A DNA stretch of 64,000 nucleotides from Octopus sinensis (taxonomy: Eukaryota), in the NCBI RefSeq assembly GCF_006345805.1, contig NC_043024.1, positions 2,046,001 through 2,110,000 on the forward strand, in the 5' to 3' direction. The position numbers and the translations under genes are program-made. Shown here in pieces: positions 1 to 12,853 of this stretch (the first letter of the stretch is position 1; each line of letters starts with the position of its first letter). The notes beneath the pieces were generated by a model. It was not told the origin of the DNA. It made no database searches and worked only from the letters and a program-made list of their open reading frames with translations.

Positions 1-1700
1 GTGCCAGACGAGGCTGGCGAACGGCCACGCTTGGATGGTGTTTTTTATGTGCCACCGACACAGGTGCCAGACGAGGCTGGCGAACGGCCACGCTCGGATG
101 GTGTTTTTTATGTGCCACCGACACAGGTACCAGACGAGGCTAGCAGACGGCCACGCTCGGATGGTGTTTTTTATGTGCCACCGACACAGGTGCCAGACGA
201 GGCTGGCAGACGGCCACACTCGGATGGTGTTTTTTATGTGCCACCGACACAGGTGCCAGACGAGGCTGGCGAACGGCCACGCTCGGATGGTGTTTTTTAT
301 GTGCCACCGACACAGGTGCCAGACGAGGCTGGCGAACGGCCACGCTCGGATGGTGTTTTTTTTATTGCCACCGACACAGGTGCCAACGAGGCTGGCGAAC
401 GGCGCACGCTTGGATGGTGTTTTTTATGTGCCACCGACACAGGTGCCAGACGAGGCTGGCGAACGGCCACGCTCGGATGGTGTTTTTTATGTGCCACCGA
501 CACAGGTACCAGACGAGGCTAGCAGACGGCCACGCTCGGATGGTGTTTTTTATATGTGCCCCGACACAGGTGCCAGACGAGGCTGGCAGACGCCACGCTC
601 GGATGGTGTTTTTATGTGCCACCGACCACACACAGGTGCCAGACGAGGCTGGCGAACGGCCACGCTCGGATGGTGTTTTTTATGTGCCACCGACACAGGT
701 GCCAGACGAGGCTGGCAGACGGCCACGCTCGGATGGTGTTTTTTATGTGCCACCGACACAGGTGCCAGACGAGGCTGGCAGACGACCACGCTCGGATGGT
801 GTTTTTATGTGCCAACCGACACAGGTGCCAGACGAGGCTGGCGAACGGCCACGCTCGGATGGTGTTTTTTATGTGCCACCGACACAGGTGCCAGACGAGG
901 CTGCAGACGACCACGCTCGGATGGTGTTTTTTATGTGCCACCGACACAGGTGCCAGACGAGGCTGGCGAACGGCCACGCTCGGATGGTGTTTTTTATGTG
1001 CCACCGACACAGGTGCCAGACGAGGCTGGAGACGGCCACGCTCGGATGGTGTTTTTTATGTGCCACCGCCACAGGTGCCAGACGAGGCTGGCAGACGGCC
1101 ACGCTCGGATGGTGTTTTTTATGTGCCACCGACACAGGTGCCAGACGAGGCTGGCAGACGACCACGCTCGGATGGTGTTTTTATGTGCCACCGACACAGG
1201 TGCCAGACGAGGCTGGCGAACGGCCACGCTCGGATGGTTGTTTTTTTATTGTGCCACCGACACAGGTGCCAGACGAGGCTGGCGAACGGCCACGCTCGGA
1301 TGGTGTTTTTTATGTGCCACCGACACGGGTGCCAGACGGCCACGCTCGGATGGTGTTTTTTATGTGCCACCGACACAGGTGCCAGACGAGGCTGTCGAAC
1401 GGCCACGCTCAGATGATGTTTTTTATGTGCCACCGACACAGGTGCCAGACGAGGCTGGCGAACGGCCACGCTCGGATGGTGTTTTTTATGTGCCACTGAC
1501 ACAGGTGCCAGACGAGGCTGGCAGACGGCCACGCTCGGATGGTGCTTTTTATGTGCCACCGACACAATTGCCAGACGCGGCTGGCAGACGGCCACGCTCG
1601 GATGGTGTTTTTTACGTGCCACCGGCACGGAGGCCAGTCAATGAGGTACTGGCTACGGCCACGTTCGGATGGTTTTCGTATGTGCCACCGGCACTGGTAA
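1..1700. repeat. 63-bp minisatellite (about 26 copies, truncated by the window start), derived from an internal module of SINE family D
   Basis: Unit gtgccagacgaggctggcgaacggccacgctcggatggtgttttttatgtgccaccgacacag recurs at 1 and 64. The same module occurs once at about 56745-56807. Confidence 0.92.
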
Positions 1701-2189
1701 CACAAAACTACTAATTCCATTAATGTTCATCGAGTTTACTTTTGATTTTGTCCATTTTCACTTGCCTCAACAGGTCTTCACAAGTAGAGTTTTGTGTCCC
1801 AAGAAGGAAGGTATGCATTGGTGCACTGACTACGTTCCAGGTAGGGGCCATACATATATGCATCTATATCTACCTATAGATGTAGGTATATACATATATG
1901 TATGTATATATGCATATGTTTATATATTATTTTGTTATATTTATATATGCTGCCCTTACATTCGAAACACGCATTGAGTCGAAACGGGGGCAGCTGAGGA
2001 AGGGGAATATTCCTTGTATTGTTTGTCTTGTACTCTGTTTGATTTTATGTTTTCGTTTCTCGTTGTGTTCTATGTTTATTTGTGGTGTCCTGTACTCATA
2101 TATGCATGTATATATACATATAGATGTAGGTATGTACATATATGTATGTATATATGCATATGTTTTATTTATTAAATTGTTATTATATA

Positions 2190-2239
<50 letters not shown>

Positions 2240-2283
2240 TACACATGTATATGTATATATATATATATATATATATACACATG

Positions 2284-2326
<43 letters not shown>

Positions 2327-2327
2327 G

Positions 2328-2364
<37 letters not shown>

Positions 2365-2679
2365 AAGACCATAAACAACCATGCCCAGACTTGTGACTAG
2401 GAGGGTAACTTTCTAGGTGCAATCCCATGATCAGTGTCATGACCAAAGGGGGTCCCGGATCCCGGATATATATATATATATAAACAGGATGAGACAAAAG
2501 TCATGCACCATAGGGATAATTTATCAAATTACAATTTAATTAAATTGCAAAGAATAATTACACATGAACATTTTATTTGCTTGCTATGTAATTGCTATAT
2601 GCGCCGTTCAAAATCCTCCCCCTCCCCCCCTTCATAACATTTCAATTGTGTGCCTGCGTGATTCGTTAACTGCCGTTGG

Positions 2680-2810
2680 TGCTGGATCTGCCACTTCGAG
2701 GGCGGTCAGCAACACCACCAGTTTCTTTAAAATTGATTAATAAGATGTCCAGATGGAACTCAATGTGGGTTCTGCCCTTTTGAATTCCTCTGCCACAGAT
2801 CTGCTGTGAG
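2680..2810 (-). mobile_element. Tc1/mariner transposase N-terminal (HTH) relic
   Basis: Frameshifted translation SRSVAEEFKR...FKETGGVADRPRSGR. Confidence 0.5.
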
Positions 2811-2877
2811 TAGCACTTACTTTCCCATACACGAACGTTTAAGGTAACTCATTCATCCTTTGTTAGTTTTCCACCTG

Positions 2878-3138
2878 TGTCATCTCTTGTGAAAGGTAGG
2901 AGAGTCCAGTTTGCTGGACATTGTCCTGGAGCTGAAAACAAGGTAATTTCTACTCTTCACCTCTGGAAGCCATCTGCTCGTGATACCAGAGGGCGCACAC
3001 TCTCCTACCCTGATGTAATCTCCAGGGATACAGGCATCCAGCAACAGGACCTCCGTAATGCTATAATGGACCGTGAAGTCTGGCGTAGCATGGTAAATTC
3101 CATTGTCTCGACCACGGTCAAACAATGATGATGATGAT
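2878..3138 (+). mobile_element. 5'-truncated RTE-clade LINE (ORF2 C-terminus + (TGA)n tail)
   Basis: RRVQFAGHC...LWKP...RGRTLSYPDVISRDTG...DREVWRSMV followed by tgatgatgatga. Confidence 0.8.
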
Positions 3139-4352
3139 AGTTTTTCACTCATCTTTTTCATCAAAATTGTTTCTGCAAATAAGAAAAGATCAGAACAAAT
3201 TAAGATACTTAAGACTTTATTAATTAACTAACTCGTCTGGTGCGTGACTTTTGCCTCATCCCGTATATAGACAAGGTGCTCTGATGCACTGGGTGGGACT
3301 GAACCTGCAACCTTTTGAATGGGAAGTGAACTTCTTAATCACACAGTCAGGGAAGGGGTATTGTTAATTTTCATATCCCCTTTTGCTGCTGAACCAACTG
3401 TTTCAAAGGATTGCTAAGTTATTTAGATTCTTATCCCCATGGGTGCTTTTATATTTTTCTGCAAAGTTAGAAAACAAATATGAAGAATTCGCCAATTCTT
3501 CAGCAAGAGATGAAAGTCGATGAAGGGAATGGACATTTATGTAACTACTCTTACTCGGCACTGTCTTAAGACAGGGCTACACTGGGCATTTGCTCAGGGG
3601 TCAAATTGTGACTTATGTATACTGTGGCTTATGGTCAGATACTATAGAGTCCACTGCATTGATTTTCCCGGGACTCCAAGGGTCTAGGGGTGTTCTGATT
3701 TATGTGTTCTGTTGCTTGCTATCAAATATAGGGCCTAGTGCATTGATTTTTTCAAGGACCTGAAGGATTTAGAGGCTCAGTTCTAATCTATGAAATCTGT
3801 GGCTTGCTGTAAATAAATGCTATAGGGTCCAGAAGATCCAAGGGTCTATGGGATCAATTCTCATCTATGTATGTGTGACATGCTGTCAATAAATACTGCA
3901 TGACCCAGGGGCTTACAATGCTGCTAAGCTGCCCTGCCCATACTGTCCCCTCACACAGGACTGAGAAAGAAAGTAAACTTTGCTGCAGCGGCAACAATTT
4001 TGGGACTAGAAAAGCTTAATAGTCAAAACTAGCAGACAAACAGGAAGTGCAATAGCCCTGCCCTACCAGGTCAGGTATTGGCCAGTTTTTGCAGCATTGA
4101 GGACCTGATTGAGATGGAAAGTAAGAATAGTTGTAACGACCAACCTAGGGCTGAGAAAAATTATGTAGCAAAAAGCGATAGGGTAAATCACCCAGAAACA
4201 ATGTCTACTGCCCCGGGAAGTCTGTCGGTTAATTTTTATGACATCAAAGAAAGGGAATGTTTACCACAACAAAGATGGAACTGGGAAAAAATTTTGGTAA
4301 AAAGTAACCTGGCACTCACTAAGAGCAAGAACCAAACCACTCTACCACTCGA

Positions 4353-4542
4353 CCGGAAGGCTTCTTCTTTGTAAGCCTAGTATTTATTCTATTGGTCTCT
4401 TTTGCTGAACCACTTAGTTATAGGGACGTAAACACACCAACATCGGTTGCGAAACAGTGATGGTGGGGACAACACAGACACAAAGATACACACATATGTA
4501 TGTATATATGTATATGTATGTATATATGTATATGTATGTATG

Positions 4543-4574
<32 letters not shown>

Positions 4575-4635
4575 TATGTATGTATATATGTATATATATA
4601 TATATATGTATGTATATATATATATGTATGTATAT

Positions 4636-4666
<31 letters not shown>

Positions 4667-5163
4667 ATATATATATGTATGTATTATATATATGTATGTA
4701 TATATATATATATGTATATAATATATGTATGTATATATATATATGTATGTATATATATATATGTATGTATATATATATATGTATGTATATATATATATGT
4801 ATGTATATATGTATATATATATATATATGTATATATATGTATATATGTATATATTATATATATATATATATTGTATGTATATATATATATATGTATGTAT
4901 ATATGTATATATATATATGTATGTATTATATATGTATATATATATATATGTATATATATATGTATATATATATGTATATATATATGTATATATATGTATG
5001 TATATATATATGTATATATATGTATATATATATATATTATGTATATATATGTATATATATATATGTATGTATATATATATATGTATATATATGTATATAT
5101 ATGTATATATATATATATTATATATATATATATGTAATATATATATATGTATATATATATATG

Positions 5164-5214
<51 letters not shown>

Positions 5215-5402
5215 GTATGTATATATATATATGTATGTATATATGTTTGTATATATATATTTCTGTCTGCCAAATCCACTCACAAGGCTTTGGTTGCCTG
5301 GAAGCTATAGTAGAAGACACTTGCCCAAGCTCCCATGCAGTGGAACTGAATATGGGACCATGTAGTTGGTAAGCAAGCTACCTACTACACAGCCACGCCT
5401 GC
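4353..5402 (-). mobile_element. SINE family A (tRNA-like head GGCGCAGGAGTGGCTGTGTGGTAAG, central microsatellite, tail GACTGAAACAAGTAAAAGAG), with its central TA/TATG tract expanded to about 770 bp. Other copies or parts: 8660-9645, 9813-10545, 12370-12690, 13472-13880, 18320-18980, 22200-22330, 25755-26110, 30450-31050, 33555-33955, 36690-36915, 51376-51762, 55105-55233, 55665-56080, 58186-58655, 62755-62833, 63490-63800
   Basis: Near-identical head and tail blocks recur more than 15 times in both orientations. Confidence 0.9.
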
Positions 5403-6225
5403 ACCAATACAGGACGGTTTTTCTCTCAGTTTCTGTGCTCCAAATTTCTAATCTACACAGACGACCATTCTAGGACTCGCAGGTAGGAACCCTATTATTC
5501 TATTTATTTATGCGCCCTTTTCAAGCCTAGCCAGGCTCATGGGCCCGGTTTCTATGGCGTATGTGTTTCGCCCAGCTGGACGGGACATCAGTCCATCGCA
5601 GCGTTACTCAAGAAACAGGAAGAAAGAGAGAGAAAGTTGGGGCAAAAGAGTACAGCAGGGGTCGCCACCACCCCCTGCCGGAGCTTCGTGGAGCTTTTAG
5701 GTGTTTTCGCTCAATAAACACACACAACGCCCGGTCTGGGAATCGAAACCGCGAGTCCGCTGCTCTAACCCCTAGGCCATTGCGCCTCCACAGGAGTCCT
5801 ATTACTGGAAGCAAAACCGGACAGATTAACGGATCAAGCAGCAGCTGAGAGGAGATTGATGGTCGGCAATCGATGTCGGGGGTTCTCTTGGCGATGGAGA
5901 GAGAAACGCAGTTTGCACATTGAGCTTCTGGGCATCGCAATTTTTAAATGAAGAATGAAGTTTCCGTAAGGTCAGATCTCCGGTGCATACGAAAGAACGA
6001 AAAGCAAAGTGATGTATCCCAGCTACTGAGACATAATATAGAAATGAAAACCTGATTTAGTTTTTGGAAAATCGAGTCCAGTTCGATTTCGAACAGCCGT
6101 GTGTAACCTTCTCACAGTCAGCCAAAGACTGTAGCGAACTTCGATGCTTCAATGGCCTGTTTTTGTCGTCAGCAGAATACGTCCAATAATGTGAAAAGCA
6201 GATGAGAACAATATATATATATTCT

Positions 6226-6718
6226 ACTAGCAGTATCGCCCGGCGTTGCTCGGGTTTGTAAGGGAAATAACTATATAAGCATTTTTAGAGAGTTATAGCC
6301 AAAAAATAGCAAAAGAATGCATTAAAAATGGAAAAAAAATTATGGTAAATTTTTTTTTAAATCGTAGACTCATCGTAAACATTTTTAGAGAGATACTTCC
6401 CTTATATAATAGCGAAAAAATGGAAAAAAATGATGGTAATTTTTTTTAAATCGTTGACTCATCGTAGACATTTTTAGAGAGTTACTTCCCTTATATAATA
6501 GCAAAAAATGCATTAAAATGGAAAAAAAATTATGGTAAATTATTTTTAAAATTGTAGACTCATCGTAGACGCGCGCTAATACCCAGAAGGGCTCGATATG
6601 AATCACGACTATAAGATACCCGGTTTTGGTTAAACTGCACCGCAAAATGTGGGAGTAGTTAGGAATCTAAATCGTAGGAGACAGACTCTCACACAACTTC
6701 ACTTTTATATATAAAGAT
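6226..6718 (+). mobile_element. Non-autonomous Helitron-like element; copies at 21828-22200 and 53297-53707
   Basis: Three copies share the start ACT(A/G)GCAG..GCCCGGCGTTGCTCGGG (5' hairpin) and the end TTTTATATATAAAGAT, with a variable number of internal ~90-bp subrepeats. Family assignment is by structural analogy. Confidence 0.65.
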
Positions 6719-7571
6719 GTCGCAGTAAATTATGGTTGAAATGGGAAATTATATTTCTATAAATGTTAGGAGTTGTTCCCCATACAAACTTGGTACAGCA
6801 ATGCTTGTAAAACGTCGAAGGTTTCCTAATCTTTTAGTTCTGCTGTGATTATTCCTAATGTCGAATATATCGCAGACAACGAGGTCCATCTTTCTGTTGT
6901 TTAAATATATAATCAGCGCATTTCTTCCTTAATTGAAATAATGTAAAACTAACCATTTTCAGATGTCAGCTATTTTCTCTTCCCTGCTTTGCTAAGGACA
7001 AGGAGTTGTCTCCCTTATATTTTTACGTTTTTAAATTATTTTTGCAAAAATTCCTTCTATGAAAATCGTGTGTTGAAACAAATGCTGTTACATTTCAGGG
7101 CGGTCATATATATATATTTATAATCTTGCCAAATAAACACACGCACAATATATTCATTCTTCACTCCATAAGGACAATAATAAACGAGTGAAGAACCAAT
7201 ATATGGTGCGTGTGTTTATTTGGCAAGGGAAACAAAATGACCGTCCCAAAATATTACTATAAATATATATTTTTTGTTTTCATTTCAATTTTTCTTTATT
7301 CTTTAGGTAAGATTTTACCACACTGACTTGCTGATCAAATGCTGTCCAACCGCGACCACCACATCATTTTAAAACGTTTAACCTGTATCATTGGAGATGA
7401 GACTCAAAATAAAGATCATTTATTTATTTATTCCTTTAATTAATTATTTATTTATTTTGCATATATTGTCCATCAAAAATTACATTTTCCAAAAGAGTCC
7501 TTCTTTCCCTTTGAGGAAATTTAGCTACCATTTTTAGCGTGTTGAAGAAATACAAGTTCTTGTTTCACTCT

Positions 7572-8075
7572 AGTTAGTTAGTTAGTTAGTTAATTTGGCT
7601 CAAAAGCAAATAGCAAGGCCATGTAGGGGGACATGGAGTTAAGTACAGGGTGGTGTTCATGTAAAGAGTTCAGGCCACTTGAGGTCCAGGGAGGCTTTGA
7701 ACAAAGCGGTCGTCGGCATCTTCACCATCTTGTCTGGCAGCTTGTTCCACGGATCCGCAACCCGGACGGAGAAAGCTCCTCTCCTTCGATTGAGATGAAA
7801 TCGTCGCAGGTAGAGCTTTTCGGAATGACCCCGCAGCCGACGCTCTGGAGCAGGAGTGAAGAACAGCTCTTTCGAGAGGTTACACTTTCCGCTTATGATG
7901 TTGTGGGCGAGAACGAGATCACCACGGCGGCGGCGTTTTTCAAGAGAATAAAGGTCGAGCGTCTTCAGCCTTTCTTCGTAGGACAAATTTTTGAGACCAT
8001 GAACCATGCGGGTAGCCAGCCTCTGGACTCTTTGTTCTAATTCAACATTCTTATGGTTGAAAGTGTCCCACCTGA
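7572..8075 (-). mobile_element. 5'-truncated CR1/L2-clade LINE (ORF2 C-terminus, 3' UTR, (TAAC)n tail)
   Basis: ORF 7657..8088: RVQRLATRMVHGLKNLSYEERL..LDLYSLEKRRRRGDL...RGHSEKL...FSVRVADPWNKLP. Confidence 0.92.
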
Positions 8076-8159
8076 GGACCAATTCCACCCGTTTTTATGT
8101 CCCTTTTCATTTTAATTTTTAGACTGTAGAGTGGAAATTAACTTCTATTTCTTAACAGC

Positions 8160-8657
8160 TTGAACAACTGAACGGATCATATTCTTGATTACCTCAAAGA
8201 ATACCCTCCATCAAGCATTTGCCGTATTCGGAACACCTTACTTCTCTGGGCATGGACACATTGAAACTCCGATGTCTGGCAGCTGACTTGGCAGACACCC
8301 ATAAAATTATCAACCATCTTACAAACAATAACTCTGAGCACCTTTTCAAACTCCACCTGTGGACATGTTTACAAAGTCAGAAAACAGCACAGCTCCCATG
8401 ACTTTCGGAAACATTTTTTCATGCTGAGAGTTGCTGAAGCATGGAACAAACTGCCGGCATCAGTTGTTAGTTGTCGGAGCACTGCATCCTTCAAAACTTC
8501 CATGCTTCCTGAGATTCGCCAACACTACACCTGATTTTCTCCCCTCCATACACACACAAGCATGTATCTGACTCATACACTGTTCACTTCCAGACATTTG
8601 TACGTTACTGCATGTACTTTATATGCACTTTTGACAAGTTGTGGTGCACCTGAGCAC
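8160..8657 (+). mobile_element. 5'-truncated CR1/L2-clade LINE; its 3' tail is interrupted by a SINE and resumes at about 9646
   Basis: LPYSEHLTSLGMDTLKLR...GHVYKVRKQ...FFMLRVAEAWNKLP (with a frameshift). Confidence 0.85.
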
Positions 8658-8870
8658 TCTTTTTTTTTATTCATTTTACTTGTTTCAGTCATTTGACTGC
8701 AGCCATGCTGGAGCACCGCCTTTAGTCAAGCAAATCGACCTCGGGACTTATTCTTTGTAAGCCCAGTACTTATTCTATCGGTCTCTTTTGCCGAACTGCT
8801 AAGTGACGGGGACGTAAACACACCAGCATCGGTTGTCAAGCAATGCTAGGGGGACAAACACACACACACA

Positions 8871-9455
8871 TGTAACGAATATGTGATATCTTCTCTGGAC
8901 CTTTTGGGGGTGCGAGAAGCAATCACTTTCCGTTGCTTTAATAATCCTGATTCTACCAGTCAGAAACAACAAGACGCAGACGTAAATAATATATATCTAC
9001 TTTATTCTCTTATGACAGTAACAAATAAGTGGTATATCTGGGTATCCCTTTAGTATAGATGTGTCAGAGCTGAACGTTATCGCTGTAGAATTTACAAAGT
9101 TCAAATGCTAACGACACTGGTCAAAGATGGCGTCCGGAAAGAGGAAGATGATGTCTGCAACAATTTGGTTAAAGCCTTCGGTCGACTGCTATCATAAAGG
9201 GACAGCGAGAAAATATACGCCCGTTGCCTTCGGTCGCTTTGTCTCAAGTCCCTGACTGCTGCTGGACGCTAGTGGTCAACGTCCTACGATCCCCTTGCCT
9301 CGGCTAACTGCCACGTAGGCAAATGGTCCTTCTTCCGGGGCTTCGCGCATGTGCGAGAGGGCCCTTCCTCTCTGCCTTGGTGAAGGCACCAACACCGCAC
9401 GCGTGAAGATAGAAATGGACGGTGCGCGCGCGCGCCGCTGTATAGGATCTCTACA
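8871..9455 (-). mobile_element. Probable solo LTR (585 bp) inserted in the (CA)n tract of a SINE A
   Basis: TGT...ACA termini, CACA on both flanks, AATAAA on the minus strand at about 9000, and GC/CpG-rich unique interior. Confidence 0.6.
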
Positions 9456-11449
9456 CACACACATATATATATATACATATATACGACAGGCTTCTTTCAG
9501 TTTCCGTCTATCAAATCCACTCTCAAGGCTTTAGTCGGCCCGGTGCTATAGCAGAAGACATTTGCCCAAGATGCCACGCAGTGGGACTGAACCCGGAACC
9601 ATGCAGTTGGTTAGCAAGCTACTTACCACACAGCCACTCCTGCGCCTATATACAATAATTTCATTATTATTATCAGTGGTAGATAGATAGAAATTGTGAT
9701 AGTATTATATACCCAGGGTATCGGAACGGGTAATACAATCCTAAACCAACTGAAAGCAACTTAGTATGAGTCACAAATCCCCGTTTGAGTTCCTATATAA
9801 CACGAACAGGCCTAGGGTGGCTGTGTGGAAAGAGACTTGCTTCCCAACCACAAGGCCCCGGGTTCAGTCCCACTGCGTGGCACGATAGATACCTGATTCG
9901 CTAAAAATACCAGTCAAATATCCATCAATGCACACCTTACTTCAAACAGGAAGGCATCTTTTCTCAGACGGTAATGTGTAATTCCAAGGCGACCTGGCTG
10001 CTATTTCTAGCTGGTGAGAGACCACATTGTCTCGTTTAGTTGGGTGAAGATATGTTTTATGATGTTGGTAAACATATAGTGGACGGGATGATATTAAGTG
10101 AGGTATTATAGTAGTTTTGTTGTAATGCTTGTGAGTGGATTTGGTAGACGGAAACTGAACGAAGCCCATCGTATATGTGTGTGTCTGTGTTTGTCCCCGG
10201 ACCATCGCTTCAACTATATATATATAAATATGTATGTATATATATATATACATATCACCGTGACCGATCAGGTTATCAGATGTTGCTACACATCGCTGGT
10301 CACAATGCGCTTCGCGTTGTTTTAGCCTTCGAATGACGCCACCCCGCTGGCTAAGCGAGCAGGCCAACAGAAGAAAGATGCTGGTGTTTACGTTCCCGTA
10401 ACGTAGCGGTTCGGCAAAAGAGCCCGATAGAATAAGCACCAGGCTTACAAAGAATAAGTACTGGGGTAGATTTGCTCGACTAAAAGGCGGTGCTCCAGCA
10501 TGGCCGCAGTCAAATGACTGAAACAAGTAAAAGAATAAAAGAATGTGCTGTGTGTGTAGATACATGTTTGAATTGTCAGCTTTACAGATATAATTCAAAA
10601 TGAACCATCAAGAACCGAAACAGAGGAGACAAACAAGGATAGTCGATATGAGACAAAGATGAAGGAAAATTTACACACAAAATGCCTTCCATTTTAATTA
10701 TTACCCAAGGGACATAATCACTACAGGGAAATATTCTATATACTTTAACTGAGTTCTCTCCCTTAAAAATTTTCTCTTTAAATCTTGTATTTTCGCTTTT
10801 ATTTTCCATTCCAACAGAACCATTTCTGTCTTATTTCCGTTCTTCGAACCCCTTGCAAGCCATAATAGTACTGTCTTATGATTCAAAGGCTTTCCAGCTA
10901 TGACCGTACTATCTTCTATTCAGTTTTTTTTGTTTGGTGATGGTGGTTGGGGGGAATTATAAACTCTTGTCTTTCACGGAGTTTTTATGACATTTTCTGA
11001 AAAATGCATATTTCAAAAATTTTCCAAGGATATATTTCCGAAAGTGTTCATTATATATACATATATATAGAGAGAGGGCTTCTTTCAGTTTCCATTTTAC
11101 ATAGAAAAAATTCAGGGAAAAACATTCTATGAATAATATTTACGTCAGTAGAATTTAGAAATTTCGAGAGGCATAAAAGAAAGCATGATGTTTGAACGGT
11201 GAAACTCGAAGCAGTTAAAGCTATAAATAATAGCGTGTTAATATTGGATTTTAAAATCCCGTTTGTATAGAAAAAGTCGAAGGTTGAACGTTTGTCCTGT
11301 TTACAGAAAATGTGGGTTCGTTTCCCACCAACAGCAGTCGATCTTTTCTGTCCAAAAAAAAACAAAGAATTCTAAAAAGTCTTTCTTTGAATGAGTTTCA
11401 GATCATTCCTGTGGTGTTCACATAACCGTCTTTAAAATGCGGATATTTT

Positions 11450-12161
11450 TTTCTACTCTAGGCACAAGGCCCGAAATTTCTGGGTTGGGGAGCCAGTCGA
11501 TTAGATCGACTCCAGTAGGCAACTGGTACTTAATTTATCGACCCCGAAAGGATGAAAGGCAAAGTCAACCTCGGCGGAATTTGAACTCAGAACGTAACGA
11601 CGGACGAAATACCTATTTCTTTATTACCCACAAGGGGCTAAACACAGAGAGGGCAAACAAGGACAGACAAACGGGTTAAGTCGATTATATCGACCCCAGT
11701 GCGTAACTGGTACTTATTTTATCGACCCCGAAAGGATGAAAGGCAAAGTCGGAATTTGAACTCAGAACGTAACATCAGACGAAATACCTATTTCTTTACT
11801 ACCCACAAGGGACTAAACACAGAGAGGGCAAACAAGGACAGGCAAACGGATTAAGTCGATTATATCGACTCCAGTGCGTAACTGGTACTTTTTTAATCGA
11901 CCCCGAAAGGATGAAAGGCAAAGTCGACCTCGGCGGAATTTGAACTCAGAACATAAAGACAGACGAAATACCTGTTTCTTTACTACCCACAAAGGGCTAA
12001 ACATAGAGGGGACAAACAAGGACAGGCAAACGGATTAAGTCGATTATATCGACCCCAGTGCGTAACTGGTACTTTTTTAATCGACCCCGAAAGGATGAAA
12101 GGCAAAGTCGACCTCGGCGGAATTTCGCCCGGCGTGCTAACCTTTCTGCCAGCTCATCGCC
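11450..12161 (-). mobile_element. SINE family B multimer (head GGCGGCGAGCTGGCAGAA, tail GTGGGTAGTAAAGAAATA). Single or partial copies at 14252-14490 (-, 16-bp TSD), 14735-14950, 15113-15310, 23460-23692, 57141-57556 (dimer), 61444-61590 (15-bp TSD), 63275-63490, 63907-64000
   Basis: About 177-bp units repeated head-to-tail. TSD ttaaaatgcg(g/t)atat at about 11432 and 12162. TSD aaacaccatcaatacc at 14236 and 14491. Confidence 0.9.
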
Positions 12162-12815
12162 TTAAAATGCGTATATAAAAATGACTATTTGTAGAAGTTA
12201 CGTTTTCGAGAATCTAGATTACGTAACGTAGAGATTTTAAATATATCTGTATATCTCCAGAAACAAAAGGGGGGAAAAGATTACGGAAATTAGTGGTGAC
12301 TAAGTCGAGGCGACGTGGTGGGGAAAGAGAGAACAATTGAAAACACCTACAGTAATTTTTTTTTCTCTCTGCTTCCCAACCACATGGTTCCGAGTTCGGT
12401 CCTACTGCGTGGCACCTTGAGCAAGTGTTTTCTACTATAGCCTCAGGTCGACCAAAGCCTTGTGAGTGGATTTGGTAGACGGAAACTGAAAGAAGCCCGT
12501 CGTATATATATATAGGTGCAGGGGTGGGTGTGTGGTGAGTAGCTTGCTTACCAACCACATGGGCCGGGTTCAGTCCCACTGCGTGGCACCTTGGGCAAGT
12601 GTCTTCTGCTATAGCCCCAGGCCGACCAAACCCTTGTGAGTGGATTTGGTAGACAGAAACTGAAAGAAGCCCGTCGTATATACATATATATGTGTGTGTA
12701 TGTGTGTATATATATATAACGGGAAGCTGTATGAAAATAAACAAAAGACGAAGGCAGGTGGAATACAAACAAACAATTGTATTAGTATGGCGCTCAGGAA
12801 TATAAATAAAACAAG

Positions 12816-12853
12816 TCTTTTACGTTTCGAGCCTACGCTCTTCAACAGAAAGA
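12816..12853 (-). ncRNA. Second family of minimal hammerhead-like motif (core CUGUUGA); related copies at about 13192-13226 (-), 40797-40830 (-) and 25561-25593 (+)
   Basis: TCTTT-CTGTTGA-A-GAGC-gtag-GCTC-GAA-ACGT-A-AAAGA. All three stems can be drawn, but core position 6 is U. Confidence 0.45.

Noticed and set aside
1950-2030. Hammerhead ribozyme (GAAAC..GTC..CTGAGGA)
   Set aside because: Core words are present, but stems I and II cannot be paired in any permutation.
4078-4374. 98-aa ORF as a host gene
   Set aside because: No recognisable domain, TTG start, and it ends in a SINE tail; possibly a decayed retroelement but unsupported.
4418-5372. Long YI/YM/CV/HT-rich ORFs (also 16015-16863, 23561-24282, 27834-29161, 31777-32335, 34813-35276, 60456-60765)
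   Set aside because: Translations of (TA)n/(CATA)n/(CA)n microsatellites, which lack stop codons by composition.
7633-8040. Plus-strand 135-aa ORF
   Set aside because: Antisense shadow of the CR1 ORF2 fragment.
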